Shown here piece by piece: positions 12,822 to 25,936 of a stretch of 64,000 nt of DNA (the stretch's first letter is position 1; every line of letters starts with the position of its first letter). Origin of the DNA: Felis catus (lineage: Eukaryota). The translations under genes and the position numbers were made by a program. The stretch is taken from NCBI RefSeq assembly GCF_018350175.1, contig NC_058369.1:9486001-9550000 (forward strand), read 5' to 3'. The notes beneath the pieces were generated by a model. That model did no database searches and was not told where the DNA came from. It saw nothing but the letters and a program-made list of their open reading frames with translations.

Positions 12822-13034
12822 GGGCACCTGGGTGGCTCAGTCGGTTGAGCATCCGACTTCAGCTCAGGTCACGATCTCGCGGTTTGTGAGTTCGAGCCCC
12901 GCATCGGGCTCTGTGCTGACAGCTCAGAGCCTGGAGCCTGCTTCGGATTCTGGGTCTCCCTCTCTCTCTGCCCCAACCCACTTGCATTCTGTCTCTGTGT
13001 CTCTCAAAAATCAATAAACGTTAAGAAAAAAAAA
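12822..13034 (+). mobile_element. CAN-SINE inserted in an MLT1-like LTR
   Basis: Typical head, body and A tail. Confidence 0.93.
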
Positions 13035-15743
13035 GCCAGAGCCTCCGTCACGCTGCATCCCTGAGCGACTGTGTGGAGCAAGGCCATACCTGTGCCGTCT
13101 ACCCCTCCACCCTATCCTGTCCCTTACCGGCTGTACTTTAGAAATTTATTTTTCTCTCATGTATTTCATTAAGCCAGAGATTTTTTTGTCTTATCTGTTA
13201 CAGCAGCTGGTGCTAACTAATACCTCCTCTTCCTTCAGCGTGGCAATTTTTCTCCCTACCAGCAAATACCATCATGTCCTCACCATCGGACAAGCTTCAA
13301 GATGACTCTGAATTCTTTCTTTCATACCTTCCCCACCATCTGACAGACAGGCAGGGGAGAAAGCCCCTTCTCCCAACGGGGACGGAGGAGGGGTCGCGTT
13401 CCCCAGGTCAGGAGCTGAATAAAGACCCGTGAGCCTTCCTTAGCCAAGTTTTGGATGTCAGGCCAATTAAAGGGGGTGAGTGAGGAGACTGGCCCCACAT
13501 TCAATTCAAATTCATATTCGTGCCTCCAAATGGTAATAAGATGTGCCAACACCCTGGTAGTCTGCTCAAATGCTCAAACGTCACCTTCCCAGTAAGACCT
13601 ACTCTGACCACCCCATTGAACCCAACACCGCCAACTTCCTTGCCCAACTTTACCGTCTTCCCAGGGCACCCTTTAGCTTCTAGCACACTGTTACTGCTTG
13701 GGACCCCCCACCTTGCTAGATCATAAGGTCACAGGTCTCCCCATCACCGAGAACACTGCCTGGCATAGAGTTACTGCTCAGTAAATCATCGGATAGGTAA
13801 ATAGGGAGGGATTAATTCGAGTCAAGTGCTTGCTCTGTGCCCAAAAAGTCCTAAGAACTTTATGCATATAAACCCAACCTTGAGCACTCAACGACAGTTT
13901 AGCAAAGTGGAGACTATAACCATCCCCACTCCACAGACAAACAAACAAGTTCAGAGAAGGCAGGGGGAGAGCCAGGATTTGAACCTGGGCCATCTGCCCC
14001 TGGGTCTAGGTCTTCTGGAATTGGTTTTGTTCAAGCCCACAGCATAGAGTCGACTAATCCCAGACAAGTCGACTAATCCCGGATCTTAAAGCAAAGCTAC
14101 TCATTTAGTCTTGTCTGAAAAATAGACACCGGGTTGTCTGTGGCGTGTGGACACGGACAGGCTCACAGAATGGTGGCCGGTGACTGTCCTAAGGATGGAG
14201 AGGTGCACGTGATCGATCCTGGCCCCTTCACTCACCAGCTGTGCGATCCTGGGGCCAGAAACTTAACCCGTCTGTGTCCAGTCTTATCATCTACAAAATG
14301 GGTTGTGGGGACGATGAAATAGGTTAATATTTGCCAAGCGCTCAGAACAGCCTCACAGGCACCCACACGCACACGCGCACCCAGTAAGGTTCATGGTAAG
14401 TACTATATAAGTGTCTGTGAAAGAAACAATTATCACAGTTCCTGGCTAAAGCTCGGGAGAGTGGGCAGGCCCCCTGAGGGCAGCGCTGACCCCTGCACCG
14501 TATTCAGGCTCACACTACCTGCACAAACGTGTGCTGGGCGTCTGACGAGCTAACGGTGGCTCTCGGACTCCCGCTAATTTCGAGGATAAGCTTCTCCGTG
14601 CTGAAATAATGGCAACGCAACTTCCATGAGGAAGGCGTCCTCTCTCAAGAAAGCTGACAGCGAGAAGTGGCCCGGGCTGCCTCCCACGGGACAGGAGACG
14701 GCCAAGAGCAAAGCAGAGAAAGCGTGAGGGCTCCATCCACCTGTCCTCCACCTGCCGGACAGAGGATCTAACTCGGCTTCAACACCGTACAAGCCCAGTG
14801 GTGTTTGCAATCTGCAAGACGGGCGGAGCTCGAAAGCGCTTTCCAGAAATGAGCTAATGGCGCTTAGGGAAAGGTCGCTGATGCTAAGTGTGGCCACCCT
14901 GAGGACGGAAGTCCACGTGTGGACTTCCATTCAAGAAAACACAAAACACAGGGCAGAGGGAGAGAGGCCCTTAGTAACAGTGATGACGATGGAGGCGATA
15001 GGAAGGCATCACAGTAGGAAGGCACTGTGATGTTTATTGAGCACTTAGAAGGAGCCAGGCGCTCTTCCCAGAGCGTTACGTGGATTATACCAGTTAACTC
15101 TCTCCAGAACTCTAGCAAGTGGGAATATTATTATCCCCACTGACCAGATGAAACGCGTGAGGCCCAGAGAGGTTCGGAAACCTGTGTCAAGTCACAGCGC
15201 TTGCAAAAGAGGGAGCTGATTTGAGCTCAGGTGGTCTGGGACCAGAAGTTCCTCACGATCCTCGCTGTTATAATGACGCGCTGTGTATTTTGCCATAGTT
15301 GCAACTCCCTGAGGCTATGACCAGCCCTATTTTACAGATATGGAAACGGAGGCACAGAAGGGTTGGCTGACTCGGCCAAGGTCGCACGGCCAGGAGGTGG
15401 TGGAATCAGGATTCATCCACGCTGCCTTCTCTCGCTACCCACACCAACGCCGCTGGATGGACGCTCTTTCTACAAGATAGCTTTACAAAGCAGGGGCCCC
15501 GATCCCTACGTTAGTGAGGCAGCTACAGGTTAGGGTTCGACCGGGACAAGAGGCTGATATACTCCATAGCCACTGGGGACCTCCGAGTGGGGCCACTCGA
15601 CCTGGCCACGTCCAATCCGCCCCTTGATAACTGTGCTGGGCAGAGAGGGTGGGTTGACATCCCCACACTTAGGCAGCAGGAGTCCTTTATATACCCTTGC
15701 ATCCTGGCCAACACACTGCAACCAGGGTGGCCCTTCTAAATCT

Positions 15744-15937
15744 GGGGGGCCCCCCGGGTGGCTCTGTCGGTGAAGCGTCCGACTCTTGGCTTCGGCTCGG
15801 GTCGTGATCTCACGGTTCGTGGGATCGGGCCCCGTGCTGGCTCTACACTGACAGCACGGAGCCTGCTTGGGATTCTCTCTCCCTCTCTCTCCGCCCACCC
15901 GCCCAAAACAGATCAAAAAACTTACAAAACATATAAA
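15744..15937 (+). mobile_element. CAN-SINE (older, diverged)
   Basis: Diverged tRNA-like head; GGAGCCTGCTTGGGATTCTCTC body. Confidence 0.88.
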
Positions 15938-17176
15938 GATCTGATCACGTCCACCCGTTGTCTGAATCCTTCCATGGCTTCCTTCTGTCTTCAGGCTGAA
16001 GTCCCGGTCCCCGCTGACCTTCTCCAGATTCTTCTAGCACACAAGCCCATGTACACACACGCGCACACACACACACACAGGTACGTGTGCAGCCGTCACA
16101 CCCTGCTCTTTCGGCATAGACGCTGCATCCAGATTTTGCCTGATTTTGAATCTCGGCTCTGCCACTCGGGTGGGTCACGTAACTTCTCTGGGCCTCGTTT
16201 TTCTCATCAGGAATGTGTTTTGCCCACCTATGTTTTTCTAAACCCTAACTCCCAATGCGATGGTATCGGGAGCTGGGGCCTTTGGGAAGGGATTCGGTCA
16301 CGGGGGTGGAGAGAGACCCCCCAAGAGCTCCCTCGGCCCATGTGAGGACTCCGTGAAAAGACAGCCGTCTGTGAACCAGGATGAGGGCTCTCACCAGACA
16401 GCGGATCTGCCAGGGTTTCGCTGCCGGATTTCCCGGTCTCACGTAAGGCCCCCCCCCCCTGCCGTCTCTGGTATTCGGTTGCAACAGCCCGAACGGACCA
16501 AGACAATGACCATTTTCTGCCGGGTTTGTGGACGATAATGCACACGCATAGTATGCAATTCAGAAGAGCACAGCATTTACCGCGGAAGGTAAGTTTTCTC
16601 CATACGCCTATTTCCAAGCCTCTCGGGGTCTCCCTACAGAGGCAAACACAGTTATTAGTTTCTACGGCCGCTTCCGTGCGGTGCAAAGGGCGTGTTCAAC
16701 ATCGCCCGCGTGATCGGACTGCGTTGCTGTGCACGGGCTACTAGGTCACTTTCCTGCTGGAGAACAGGTCTAACCAATGAGGCAACTGTCACAGACGGGA
16801 GCTTGAGTCGGTTCAGTTGATGGACTGTTCGTGCCGCACCCCCCCCCCGGCCCCCCCAGGTGGAGTCAGTCGGTGTTCTTTTCATCAGCCCACGGCCTCT
16901 GAGGACACTGTTGGTCTCGAAAGGTTAGACAGCCGTTGGTCGAAGGAGGAGGCCCCGGGGAGGGAGGCGGGTGGCCAGGCGGTGGCCCCCGGAGTGGCCT
17001 CGAGGGGTTGCCAGGGGGGGCCTGGCGGGCCCGGGGCCGAGAGGTAGAATGAAGGGTAAAGAAGGGTAGGAGGCGCAGAAGAGGAGCGAGGTGGATCGTG
17101 AGCTTTGCAGAAAGGTATTTTTGTAGCTCCGAGTCGAAAATAGGCACGCCGACTTCATGCTGACTGTTCCGTCGCA

Positions 17177-17301
17177 GTGACGTATCCCTGCTACCGGGGG
17201 CCCTTCCATTCAGCACGTCTCCGTAGCAATGGACCACTTCTCATTCACGCCATCTCCAGGGTTACCTTGCTCGGCTCATTCATGACTGTTGCCACGGAGA
17301 C
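17177..17301. promoter_or_regulatory. RFX X-box cluster, candidate enhancer
   Basis: GTCTCCGTAGCAAT 17217, ATCTCCAGGGTTAC 17252, GTTGCCACGGAGAC 17288; CRE-like GTGACGTA 17177. Confidence 0.45.
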
Positions 17302-17930
17302 GGGCCCATTGATACAATCCTGATTGTTTGGCACGTTGCTTTTCCCGGAATGATAGAGCTAAGAGTGCTGGCCTTGGGGTGGGGATAGGATCGCGGTAGG
17401 GAGGGTGTGTGTGTGTGTGGGGGGTGATGAAGAGAGTTCTAGAATGAGTTGGGGGGGGCGGGTCTTAAGACTTAAGATCCAGCAGGAGGAAGGCGAGGTG
17501 GTGGGAGGCGGGGGGGGAATGGAGTCAGTGACATCTGAGGTGGCCGGTCTACCAACCCCACGTGCGCGGGCGGGTGCCATGTCTCTGCCACAGCCCGCGA
17601 TTACTGAATGAACTAGTGTTTGTTGCTCGTGAACCTCCCTTGATAAATTGTGAGAAAGTAGAAGCATCAGAACAGAAGTACCACCGGACACCCGTCTTAC
17701 TCCCCAGCCCCAGCATCTGCCCAGGCGGTGCCTTCCCTCCAGGGTCTGCGGACGACCCGTGTACCTTCCACACCAAAAGGGGCCATCCTTTCCAGTTCAC
17801 CGAGAGCGATCCCTCCCGCCAACCCTCGTCTTCCTCTCTGGCCTCCCTGTCTTCCTCCTTCCTAGTGGGCCCTTCCCATCAGCATAACATCCGCTGTTAG
17901 ACCTCTTGTCTTCAAAACAGAAAACGCCTA

Positions 17931-18051
17931 GGGGCGCCTGGGTGGCTCCCGTCGGATGGGCGTCCGACTTGGGCTCAGGTCACGATCTCGCGGTCCGTGA
18001 GTTCAAGCCCCGCGTCGGGCTCTGGGCTGACAGCCCGGAGCCTGGAGCCTG
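17931..18051 (+). mobile_element. CAN-SINE, 3'-truncated
   Basis: Intact head through GGAGCCTGGAGCCTG; no CT tract or A tail. Confidence 0.9.
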
Positions 18052-18604
18052 GGAAAACTCAAGTTTTTCCCAAGAAATTCCCACCAGCGAACGCCTCGTC
18101 TCTCCCCCTCTATCCTTCCCGGCAAAAGTCTTCAGAAGAACCACTGGTAATCCCTCCAACAGCCTCTGCCTCTCCCTCTCCTCCAAGCAGCTCCGGCTGG
18201 GACCACCAAAGGCCTCCATGGTGTTTTCTCCACGTCTCCCAGCCTCTTTAATGAGGGAGAGCCAGCCCGGGCTCAGTGCTTGGCGCCCTCTTACATCTAC
18301 TCCCTTATCCAATTTCAGAGCTAAAAATAACTTCCACAGGCTGATGACTCTCACATTTGTATCTCCAGCCCTGTCTCCTCTTCCTGAACTTCGGACCCCC
18401 GATGCTCCACGGCCAACGCCGCAGCTCCCCTCATGAGCCGGCAGAGAAAACTCGGCACGTCCAAAAGCTGAGCTCCTCATCTGCACCCCCCGGCCCCCTT
18501 CCTAGCACGTTCAATGGCAAGTCCGTTCTCTTTCTTCGTCGCCTCCCAAATAGTGTGCCCGCTTCCACAATCCTTTATCCACAATTCCCTTCAGTCTATT
18601 CTTG

Positions 18605-18805
18605 TTTTAAAAAAGTTGTTTTTATCTTAGAGAGAGAACACACACGTGGGGGAGGGGCAGAGGGAGGGAGGGAGAGAGAATCCCAAGCAGGCTCCACACT
18701 CAGCGCAGAGCCCGACCCCGGGCTCGATCCCACAACCCTGGGTCATGAGCTAAGCCGAAATCAAGAGTCGGACACTCAAGCGACTGAGCCACCCAGATGC
18801 CCCCC
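18605..18805 (-). mobile_element. CAN-SINE
   Basis: 18-bp TSD CCCTTCAGTCTATTCTTG at 18587-18604 and 18809-18826. Confidence 0.93.
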
Positions 18806-19635
18806 CCACCCTTCAGTCTATTCTTGACAGAATCAGGCAGGAAATCCTCTTACTTCCTCAGTCAGGGCTTCCCTGCCCATCCTATGTAAAATTGGATCCC
18901 TCACCCCAACATCCCCTCTGCTCCCCGCTGGCTGTATCTTTCGCCACGGCACTCATCCTGACTTATTGACTCTACATCTGACTTAAGCGTGTTGTCCGTG
19001 GTAGGTCTCTCCTCTGCTAGGCGATCAGCTTCAGGAGTTCCGGAAACTTGTCCGTACCGTGTTCCTGGCACCTAGGAAATTGCCTCGCACACAGTAGATG
19101 TTCCATGAACGTCTGTTGAATGGCTGAACGAAGGCGGACAATGAGAACAAAAGGCCAGGCATTAGGCAATGTGGCCACGACAAAGAGTGTGTCTTCCGTC
19201 TTGAGGTTAGTGAGTTCAAACCGGGTGCCTCAGAGGTGCCTCAGGGACCGCCTCACGGGCAAGGGGAAGTGAGGCGTGGACTGGGCAGGTGGAACTTTCT
19301 GGAAAGTCATTCTCTGCTTCGGAGCTCCTTTTTTATTGCTCTACATATTGGGATTCAAGTAACATCTCAGAAGTTCGGTTAATCGTAGTAAGCTAAGGTT
19401 AATTTCTTAGTTTTGACAAGGGTACCGTGGTAATGTCTGATGGTTAACACCGGGGAAACCGGGTGAGGAAACCTCTGTGCTATCTCCGCACGCAACCTTT
19501 CTATAAATCCAAAATGATTCTAAAATTAAAAGTGTATTTAAAGGTAAGATTTATTTGGTGGAAAGGGTTCCACTGATTTAAACGAGTTTGAAAACCACGA
19601 TTTTGGTTTCTGAAGTGGGAAGTGATTTAAAAAAA

Positions 19636-20231
19636 TTTTTTTAAATGTTTATTTATTTTTGAGAGAGAGAGAGAGAGACAGAGCATGAGCGGGGGAGGGT
19701 CAGAGAGAGGGAGACACAGAATCTGAAACAGGCTCCGGGCTCCGAGCTGTCAGCACAGAGCCTGACGCGGGGCTCGAACTCACGGACCGCAAGATCATGA
19801 ACTGAGCCGAAGTCGGATGCTTAACCGACTGAGCCACCCAGACGCCCCAAGGGAAGTGATTTTTTTTTAAAGTAGGTTTCATGTTGGGGCGCCTGGGTGG
19901 CTCAGTCGGTTAAGCGTCCCGACTTCAGCTCAGGTCATGATCTCGCGGTCTGTGAGTTCGAGCCCCACGTCAGGCTCTGTGCTGACGGCTCAGAGCCCGG
20001 AGCTTGCTTCGGATTCTGTGTCTCCCTCTCTCTCTGACCCTCCCCCGCTCATGCTCTGTCTCGCTCTGTCTCAAAAATAAATAAAAACATTAAAAAAAGT
20101 AATTATAAAATAAAGTCGGTTTCATGCTTAGCACGGAGCCCAACACAGGGCCTGAACTCACCACTCTGAGGTCAACACCTGAGCTGCGATCAAGAGTCAG
20201 ACACTCAACCGACGGAGCCCCCAGGCGCCCC
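19636..20231. mobile_element. Cluster of three CAN-SINEs: 19636-19848 (-), and 19886-20110 (+) nested in an older short SINE (19859-19885 plus 20111-20231, -)
   Basis: TSD GGGAAGTGATTT around the first; TAAAGTMGGTTTCATG around the nested copy. Confidence 0.9.
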
Positions 20232-20834
20232 CGAAGTGGTTTGATTAAACTTAAATATCAGATGAAAGCAGTTGGGTCAGAAATTCAGCAAGTGGGCGGT
20301 GGGGGGTGGGGGGCAGTGGATGCCGGGGGCGGAAGCCCAGCAGGAGGATGGCCAGAGGCCCAGGCGGTCCCGGTGAAGGATGACAAACCCCGAGCTCAGG
20401 AAGGGGTGGGGGGGGGCAGGAAAGTGGACCCGTCCTTCCCCGACACGTTCGGGAGGTGGCTTCCACAGATTTCACGTGGACGCGAGGAAGGAGGAAGAGA
20501 AGGAGGGCAGGGATGGTGTCTGAGCTCCTGGTTTGGGTGAGAGGGGTGGACGGTGCCACCGAGGAGGGGAACAGGCTGAGGCTTTAAGTGACTCGAGTTG
20601 AGCTCACCAGAGAAAACCAAGCACGGGCTTGGGGGTGGGGTGGGCTCACAACACAGACGGACTCAGGTGTTCTCCCATTTCTGTGTTCTTGTCTGTCTGG
20701 GCACCTTGCTACCTTATACGTCCCAGCATCGCTTCCATTAGGACCGGGTCATAAGACTGAATCCGGCCCATGGGATGTGGGAGGAAGTGATGGAAACCAT
20801 TCCCAGGCCTGGCCCCTAAAACTTCCTTCAGACC

Positions 20835-20866
<32 letters not shown>

Positions 20867-22184
20867 CCCTTATCTGCATCCAACTGCAGAGGGTCCGGAC
20901 GAGGACCCCACAGCCCTTGGGGATAGCAGAGCCACAAGAGACTGGATCCCTGCATGACTGTGTGGAACACAGCCCAACCTCTCCCTCTGATCAGACTGGG
21001 ACGTGAGCAAGGAATAATGCTCCCAGCCACCGAGATCTGGGAGTGGTTTGTCACGGCAATTAGCCTATCCTAACCCAGGTGCTGTCAGCCAAGAGGCGAT
21101 AATTCCGGCGGCTTAATTAACTTACGATGACCACTAACTACGTGTCAGTCATTTCTCTTGGCATCAGGGACACAGATTTAAATAGAAAGGTGACACATCC
21201 CTTCCCTTTCACCATCCTGGATTAAGCATCATTCCACGTGTTGTTTCCTTGAGTATCCAAAAGAACTTTATAAAGAAGCGACTCTTACTTGTTTCCACTC
21301 TACAGATGAGGAAGCTAAGGCCCGAAGAAGCCCGTCACTTGCTGAAGGACACACAGGTCGTAAATGGCAGAGCTGGGACTTGAACCCGGGCAGCGGGGTT
21401 TTGGAGTACGGGCTCTTAACTTCTGCTGGATGCCTGTGGCACTTGCTCTGGGACACGACGAGGGGAACAGAGCTCAGCTGGGAGGAGTGAAGAAAGCTCC
21501 TGAATGAAGAAGGGAGAAGGGTGACCCTAGGGGGCCACCTCTGCACGAGCCCACGTGGGGAGGCAGGAGAAGGCCGCGTGCGCGGGAGTTGAGAGAGAAC
21601 GCGAGAAGCGAGCAGGGGGCGGGAGCCGGGAGAGAAGGTGGACGCCAGGTAAGGGTCGTTCTGGGTGCCGTGCTAAGGCGTTGGTGGGTCGGACCTTGGA
21701 AGGCAACGAAGGGTTTGAAACCCTGGGGCTGTCAGCCACGGCTCGGGAATCACGTGATAAGGGTGTCCTCTAGGTGGACAGGAGACCTTCATGACCCCGT
21801 GAGGGTGGCTGGAAAGGAGTCACTGGAAAAGATGAAAGGCAAGCCAAGAAGCGTCACTGAGCTGAAGAGAGAGAGAGAGTCAGCACGCCTCTGACTTCTC
21901 AAGAGAAGTCCTAAGGTGCCTGAATGAGACAACTGGCCACTCTCTGGGGACCCTTCCTCTTCCCAGAGTGATTCGGGGGCAGGTGGGAACACAGCCTTCT
22001 GGTCCGGAAGGGGCCTCGGCATTCGGAGACCGACCTCCCGGTTTTACCAATGAGAAGAAAGTGCCAGAAGGGCTGAGAAGCCTGTCCGAGGTCACCTACC
22101 AAGTGAGCGACAGATCTGGAGCTGGAAGAGGAGTCTCTCACCAGCTCTGGCCCGTGTCCTTTTGCTCTAAGAGTTCTCTCTTTG

Positions 22185-22830
22185 TTAGCTTATTTTATCG
22201 TGGTGAGGACACTTAACGTGAGATCTGCCCTCGTCACCGGTTTCTAAGTGCACAAAGCATTACCGTCGACTCCAGGCACAGTGCTGTATATAGCGCGTCT
22301 CTAGAGCTCATTCATCTTGCTTGGCCGAAACTTGAGGGATGCTGATTAGTCACTCCCCACCTCCCCCGCCTCCAGCCCCTGGCAAGCACCTTTCTGAGGC
22401 TTCCTGCACTCGGCACCGCGTCCTCAAGACTCATCCGTGCTGTGGCAGAGCGCAGCTTTTTCTTCTTCTCAAAGGCGGGACGATATTCCACCGCAGGTGT
22501 GCGTCCCATCTCCTTTGCCCCCTCACCTGTCAACGGTCACTCGGGTCGTTTCAGACCTTCGCTGTTGTGCATAACGCTGCGGTGATCACGGGAGGGGTGG
22601 TGCCTCTTTAAGATCCTGCTCTCAATTCTTTTGGATAAACATCCCAGAAGTGGGATCGTTGGATCATATGATGGCTCTATTTTTAAGTTTCTGAGCAACT
22701 TTCACACTGTTTTCCGTAGCGGGTGCACCGTTCTGCGTCCCCACCAGCAGCGTGCAAGGAGCCCAACTCCTCCACATCCGTGCCGGCACGTGTGGCCTTT
22801 TGGTTTTGCCATCAAGGCCACCGTGGCAGG
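22185..22830 (-). mobile_element. L1M (L1MA/MB-like) 3' fragment
   Basis: TTGGATAAACATCCCAGAAGTGGGATCGTTGGATCATATG and related L1 3' motifs. Confidence 0.75.
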
Positions 22831-23059
22831 TGTGGGGAGCCCGGCTCGCGACCTGCCTGTGCCTGGGCTGGTTCCCGCAGGACTGGGGAGCGGGGCTGCG
22901 GGAGCCTCCCGCGATGCCGAAAGTGCCCTCCACCCACGCTGCCCCATCCAGGAGCTCCTATGTGTGTGTGGCCCCTGAGCCCCAGGAACGTGGCTGGTAT
23001 CTGTGATAGAACTTGAGACGTAACTCCATTCTAAATAACCACAAGTTGAGTACGGTGGT

Positions 23060-23630
23060 TCCTCCGAGAATGAGACAGAGAATCAGCCCAGCCCCACCTC
23101 TGGGGATCTACCCAAAGGAATTGAACGCAGGGACTTGAACGGAGACTTGCACATCCGTGTTCACAGAAGCCCTGTTTGCAGTGGCCGAAAGGAGGAAGCA
23201 GTCCCGGAGCCCATCGACGGAGGAACGAAAAAATGTGGGATAACCATGCAGCGGAATATCGTTCCGCCTTAAAAAGAAAGACATTCTGAGACACCACGGC
23301 GCCGATGAGCCTTGAGGACCTAACGTTAAGTGAAAGAAGCCATCTGCCAAAGGACAAACACTGCACGATTCCACTTCTACGAGGCCCCTAGAGTCATCAA
23401 ATTCATAGAAACAGCAAGTCGAGGGGAGGGAGCCAGGGGCTGTGGGGGGGGAGGGGAATGGGGCGCTCATTGTCAACGGGGACAGAATTTGGGTTTTGCA
23501 ACATAAAAAGCGTCCTAGAGATGAACGGTTGCATAACAACGGCTGAACAATGGATGGCTGCACGGGTCATCTAGAAGTGGCTAAAATGTTCAATTTTATG
23601 CTGTGTAGGTTTGGCCGCAATTTGAAAAAC
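23060..23630 (+). mobile_element. L1MB-like 3' fragment
   Basis: ATCTACCCAAAGGAATTG..., GTCATCAAATTCATAGAAACAG, TTCAATTTTATGCTGTGT. Confidence 0.75.
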
Positions 23631-24659
23631 TCTGACATCCACATATGGTTGGCGGGGACCGGACCGGAGGGCGCCAACGCTAAGAATGTTCCCAGGGATG
23701 GTTCCCACGACCACCTCAAAGCTCACGGTCTTTCCAAAGAGACCATCGTCCCCTCCCTGAGTGGGCAGCCTGAAGCTCCAGGAGGTGGCAGCTACTTGTC
23801 CAGGTCAGAAAGCAACTGCCAAGAACTCGCTTGCATCCGGAGGGCTGGAGGGAGGCATCGCACCAGAGCCGCGTAGCTCTGTGCTGTGTGCACACGCTCG
23901 GCGTCCGGGTCCCGGGGGGTTTCCACTCCACTGGGCAGGGCCAGGGAAGGAAAGCTGTCACGCCCGGGTTTCTGCACGCCCGATGGCTGTGGCGACAGCA
24001 GGAGAGAGTGGCCGAGGGCTAAGAACGGGGACACCTGGCGCCCTACATGGAACATTCCACCCACAGCCCATTCTGGAGGCAGCAGGGCGGATCCCATACG
24101 ACCAGCAGAGGAGTCTCTGACCCTGTTCAGCTCTGCACTGCAAATGCCTGGCTTTCTGGGACTGACCTGGCTTGGAATTCTCCAAGAAATCCAGCACGAG
24201 GAGTTAAACAAGACCCAGGGCGTGGGAGACCAAGGTGCAGGACCCCCCGCCCCAGCTCTGTCATGGGCTCTCCTGGTCCCGTGTTCTTTTCCTTCCCGGC
24301 ACTTGGCACCGCGGATGCTCAGGGAGGATTTGGGACAACACTTGGGAGGCGGTTAGAAGGCACAGGGAGACTTGAATCACACACGTTCAAATCCCGACTC
24401 TGCTGCTTACTGTGCGTCCTTGGGCGAGTTACTTAACCCCTCTGTGTCTCAATTTCTCTGGGGAAAACACCACGAGTGAAGTCGATTAATCCCTGTAAAG
24501 GCCGAAGGACAGCGATTGCCATGTCCTAAGTAGAATGAAACCTCCAGAAAGCCACCTTTCCCAGGTAGCACAGTGCCTGCTGGGGGCAGGAAGTTCCTGG
24601 CATTACATACACAGCAGGCCCTCAGAGGTCAGAAGCTGAATTCCAAAGCGCGTTCTGGG

Positions 24660-25550
24660 CACAGTGGGCTGAATGGTGACCCTTCAAAAGACAGGTCCAC
24701 ATCTAAATTCCTGGGAACTGTAAATGTGACCTCACTGGGGGAGAAAAAGGGGGTCTCTGTAGGTATGATTAAGTTAGGTTTCGAGAGGAGAGGCTTATTC
24801 TTGAATTATCTGGGGGGAAGCTAACTGTGCCCACATGTATACTTGGAGAGGGAGAGAGAGTTTTTGGAAGAGAAGAGAAAGGGGCCATGGGACCACAGGC
24901 CAAGTTCCTTGTGGCCTCGGGGCCACAAGCCAAAGAATGTCTGCAGCCACCAGCGGCTGGAGGAAGCAAAAAATGGAGCCTTCAGAGGGGGCATGGCCCT
25001 GCCAGCATCTTGATTTCAGATTTCTGGTCACCAGAATGGTGAGACAATAAGTTTCTGCTTTTTGGGTTTTTAAAATTTTTTTTAAATGTTTATTTATTTC
25101 TGAGACATAGAGAGACAGAGCATGAGTGGGGGAGGAGCAGAGAGAGAGGGAGACACAGAATCCGAAGCAGGCTCCAGGCTCTGAGCTGTCAGCCCTGAGC
25201 CCGACACGGGGCTCGAACCCACAAACCGTGGGATCGGGACCCAAGCTGAAGTCAGATGGCTAACCGACTGAGCCACCCAGGCGCCCCGCTTCCTTTCTGA
25301 TTTTTTGAAAAAAAATTTTTAATGTTTTTATTTATTTTTGAGACAGAGAAAGACAGAGCATGAGCAGGGGAGGGGCAGAGAGAGAAGGAGACACAGACTC
25401 CAAAGCAGGCTCCAGGCTCTGAGCTGTCAGCACAGAGCCCGATGCAGGGCTCGAACCCACAAACCGTGAGATCATGACCTGAGCCGAAGTCGGTGGCTCA
25501 ACCGACGGAGTCGCCCCGGTGCCCCAAATAAATTTCTGTTGTTTTAAGTA
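24660..25550 (+). mobile_element. MLT1 (MaLR) LTR interrupted by SINEs
   Basis: GTGGGCTGAATGGTG..., GCCACAAGCCAAAGAATG, CATGGCCCTGCCAGCATCTTGATTTCAGA. Confidence 0.75.
25076..25525 (-). mobile_element. Two head-to-tail CAN-SINEs (25076-25287, 25316-25525) inside an MLT1 LTR
   Basis: Two full SINE bodies; the LTR motif AATAAATTTCTGTTGTTTTAAG resumes after them. Confidence 0.93.
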
Positions 25551-25645
25551 CCGATGTGCCTCTGCCCCCAATACCGTCCATTCATTTTGAAGCAGCTTCA
25601 TGACATACAGCCTGTCTGACAGCTTGATTCAATAAATATGGTCCT

Positions 25646-25850
25646 GGGGCGCCTGGGTGGTTCAGTCGGTTGACTCTTGATTTCGCCTCAGGTCATGACC
25701 TCGCAGTTGTGGGCTCGAGCCCCGCGTCGGGGCTCTATGCTAGGCGTGGAGCCTGCTTGAAATTCTCTTTCCCTTTGCCCCTCCCCTGCTCGTGCTCACA
25801 CTCTCTGGCTCTCTCTCAAAAATAAAGACATGAGTAAACGAATAAATAAA
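25646..25850 (+). mobile_element. CAN-SINE
   Basis: GGGGCGCCTGGGTGG head with a small internal deletion; A-rich tail. Confidence 0.9.
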
Positions 25851-25936
25851 GTATTAACCTCTGGATACCCGCCAAAACCCACCCCTCTCCTACAGTTGTA
25901 GCATTTTAGCCAGGCCCTTGGCTGCCACCCAAACTG

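Noticed and set aside
14589-14605. RE1-like TTCAGCACGGAGAAGCT on the minus strand
   Set aside because: Three nucleotides short of canonical spacing and a poor right half.
23778-23792. CTCF-like CCAGGAGGTGGCAGC (and weaker matches near 14470, 21527, 37890)
   Set aside because: Core mismatches; such matches are expected by chance in GC-rich DNA.
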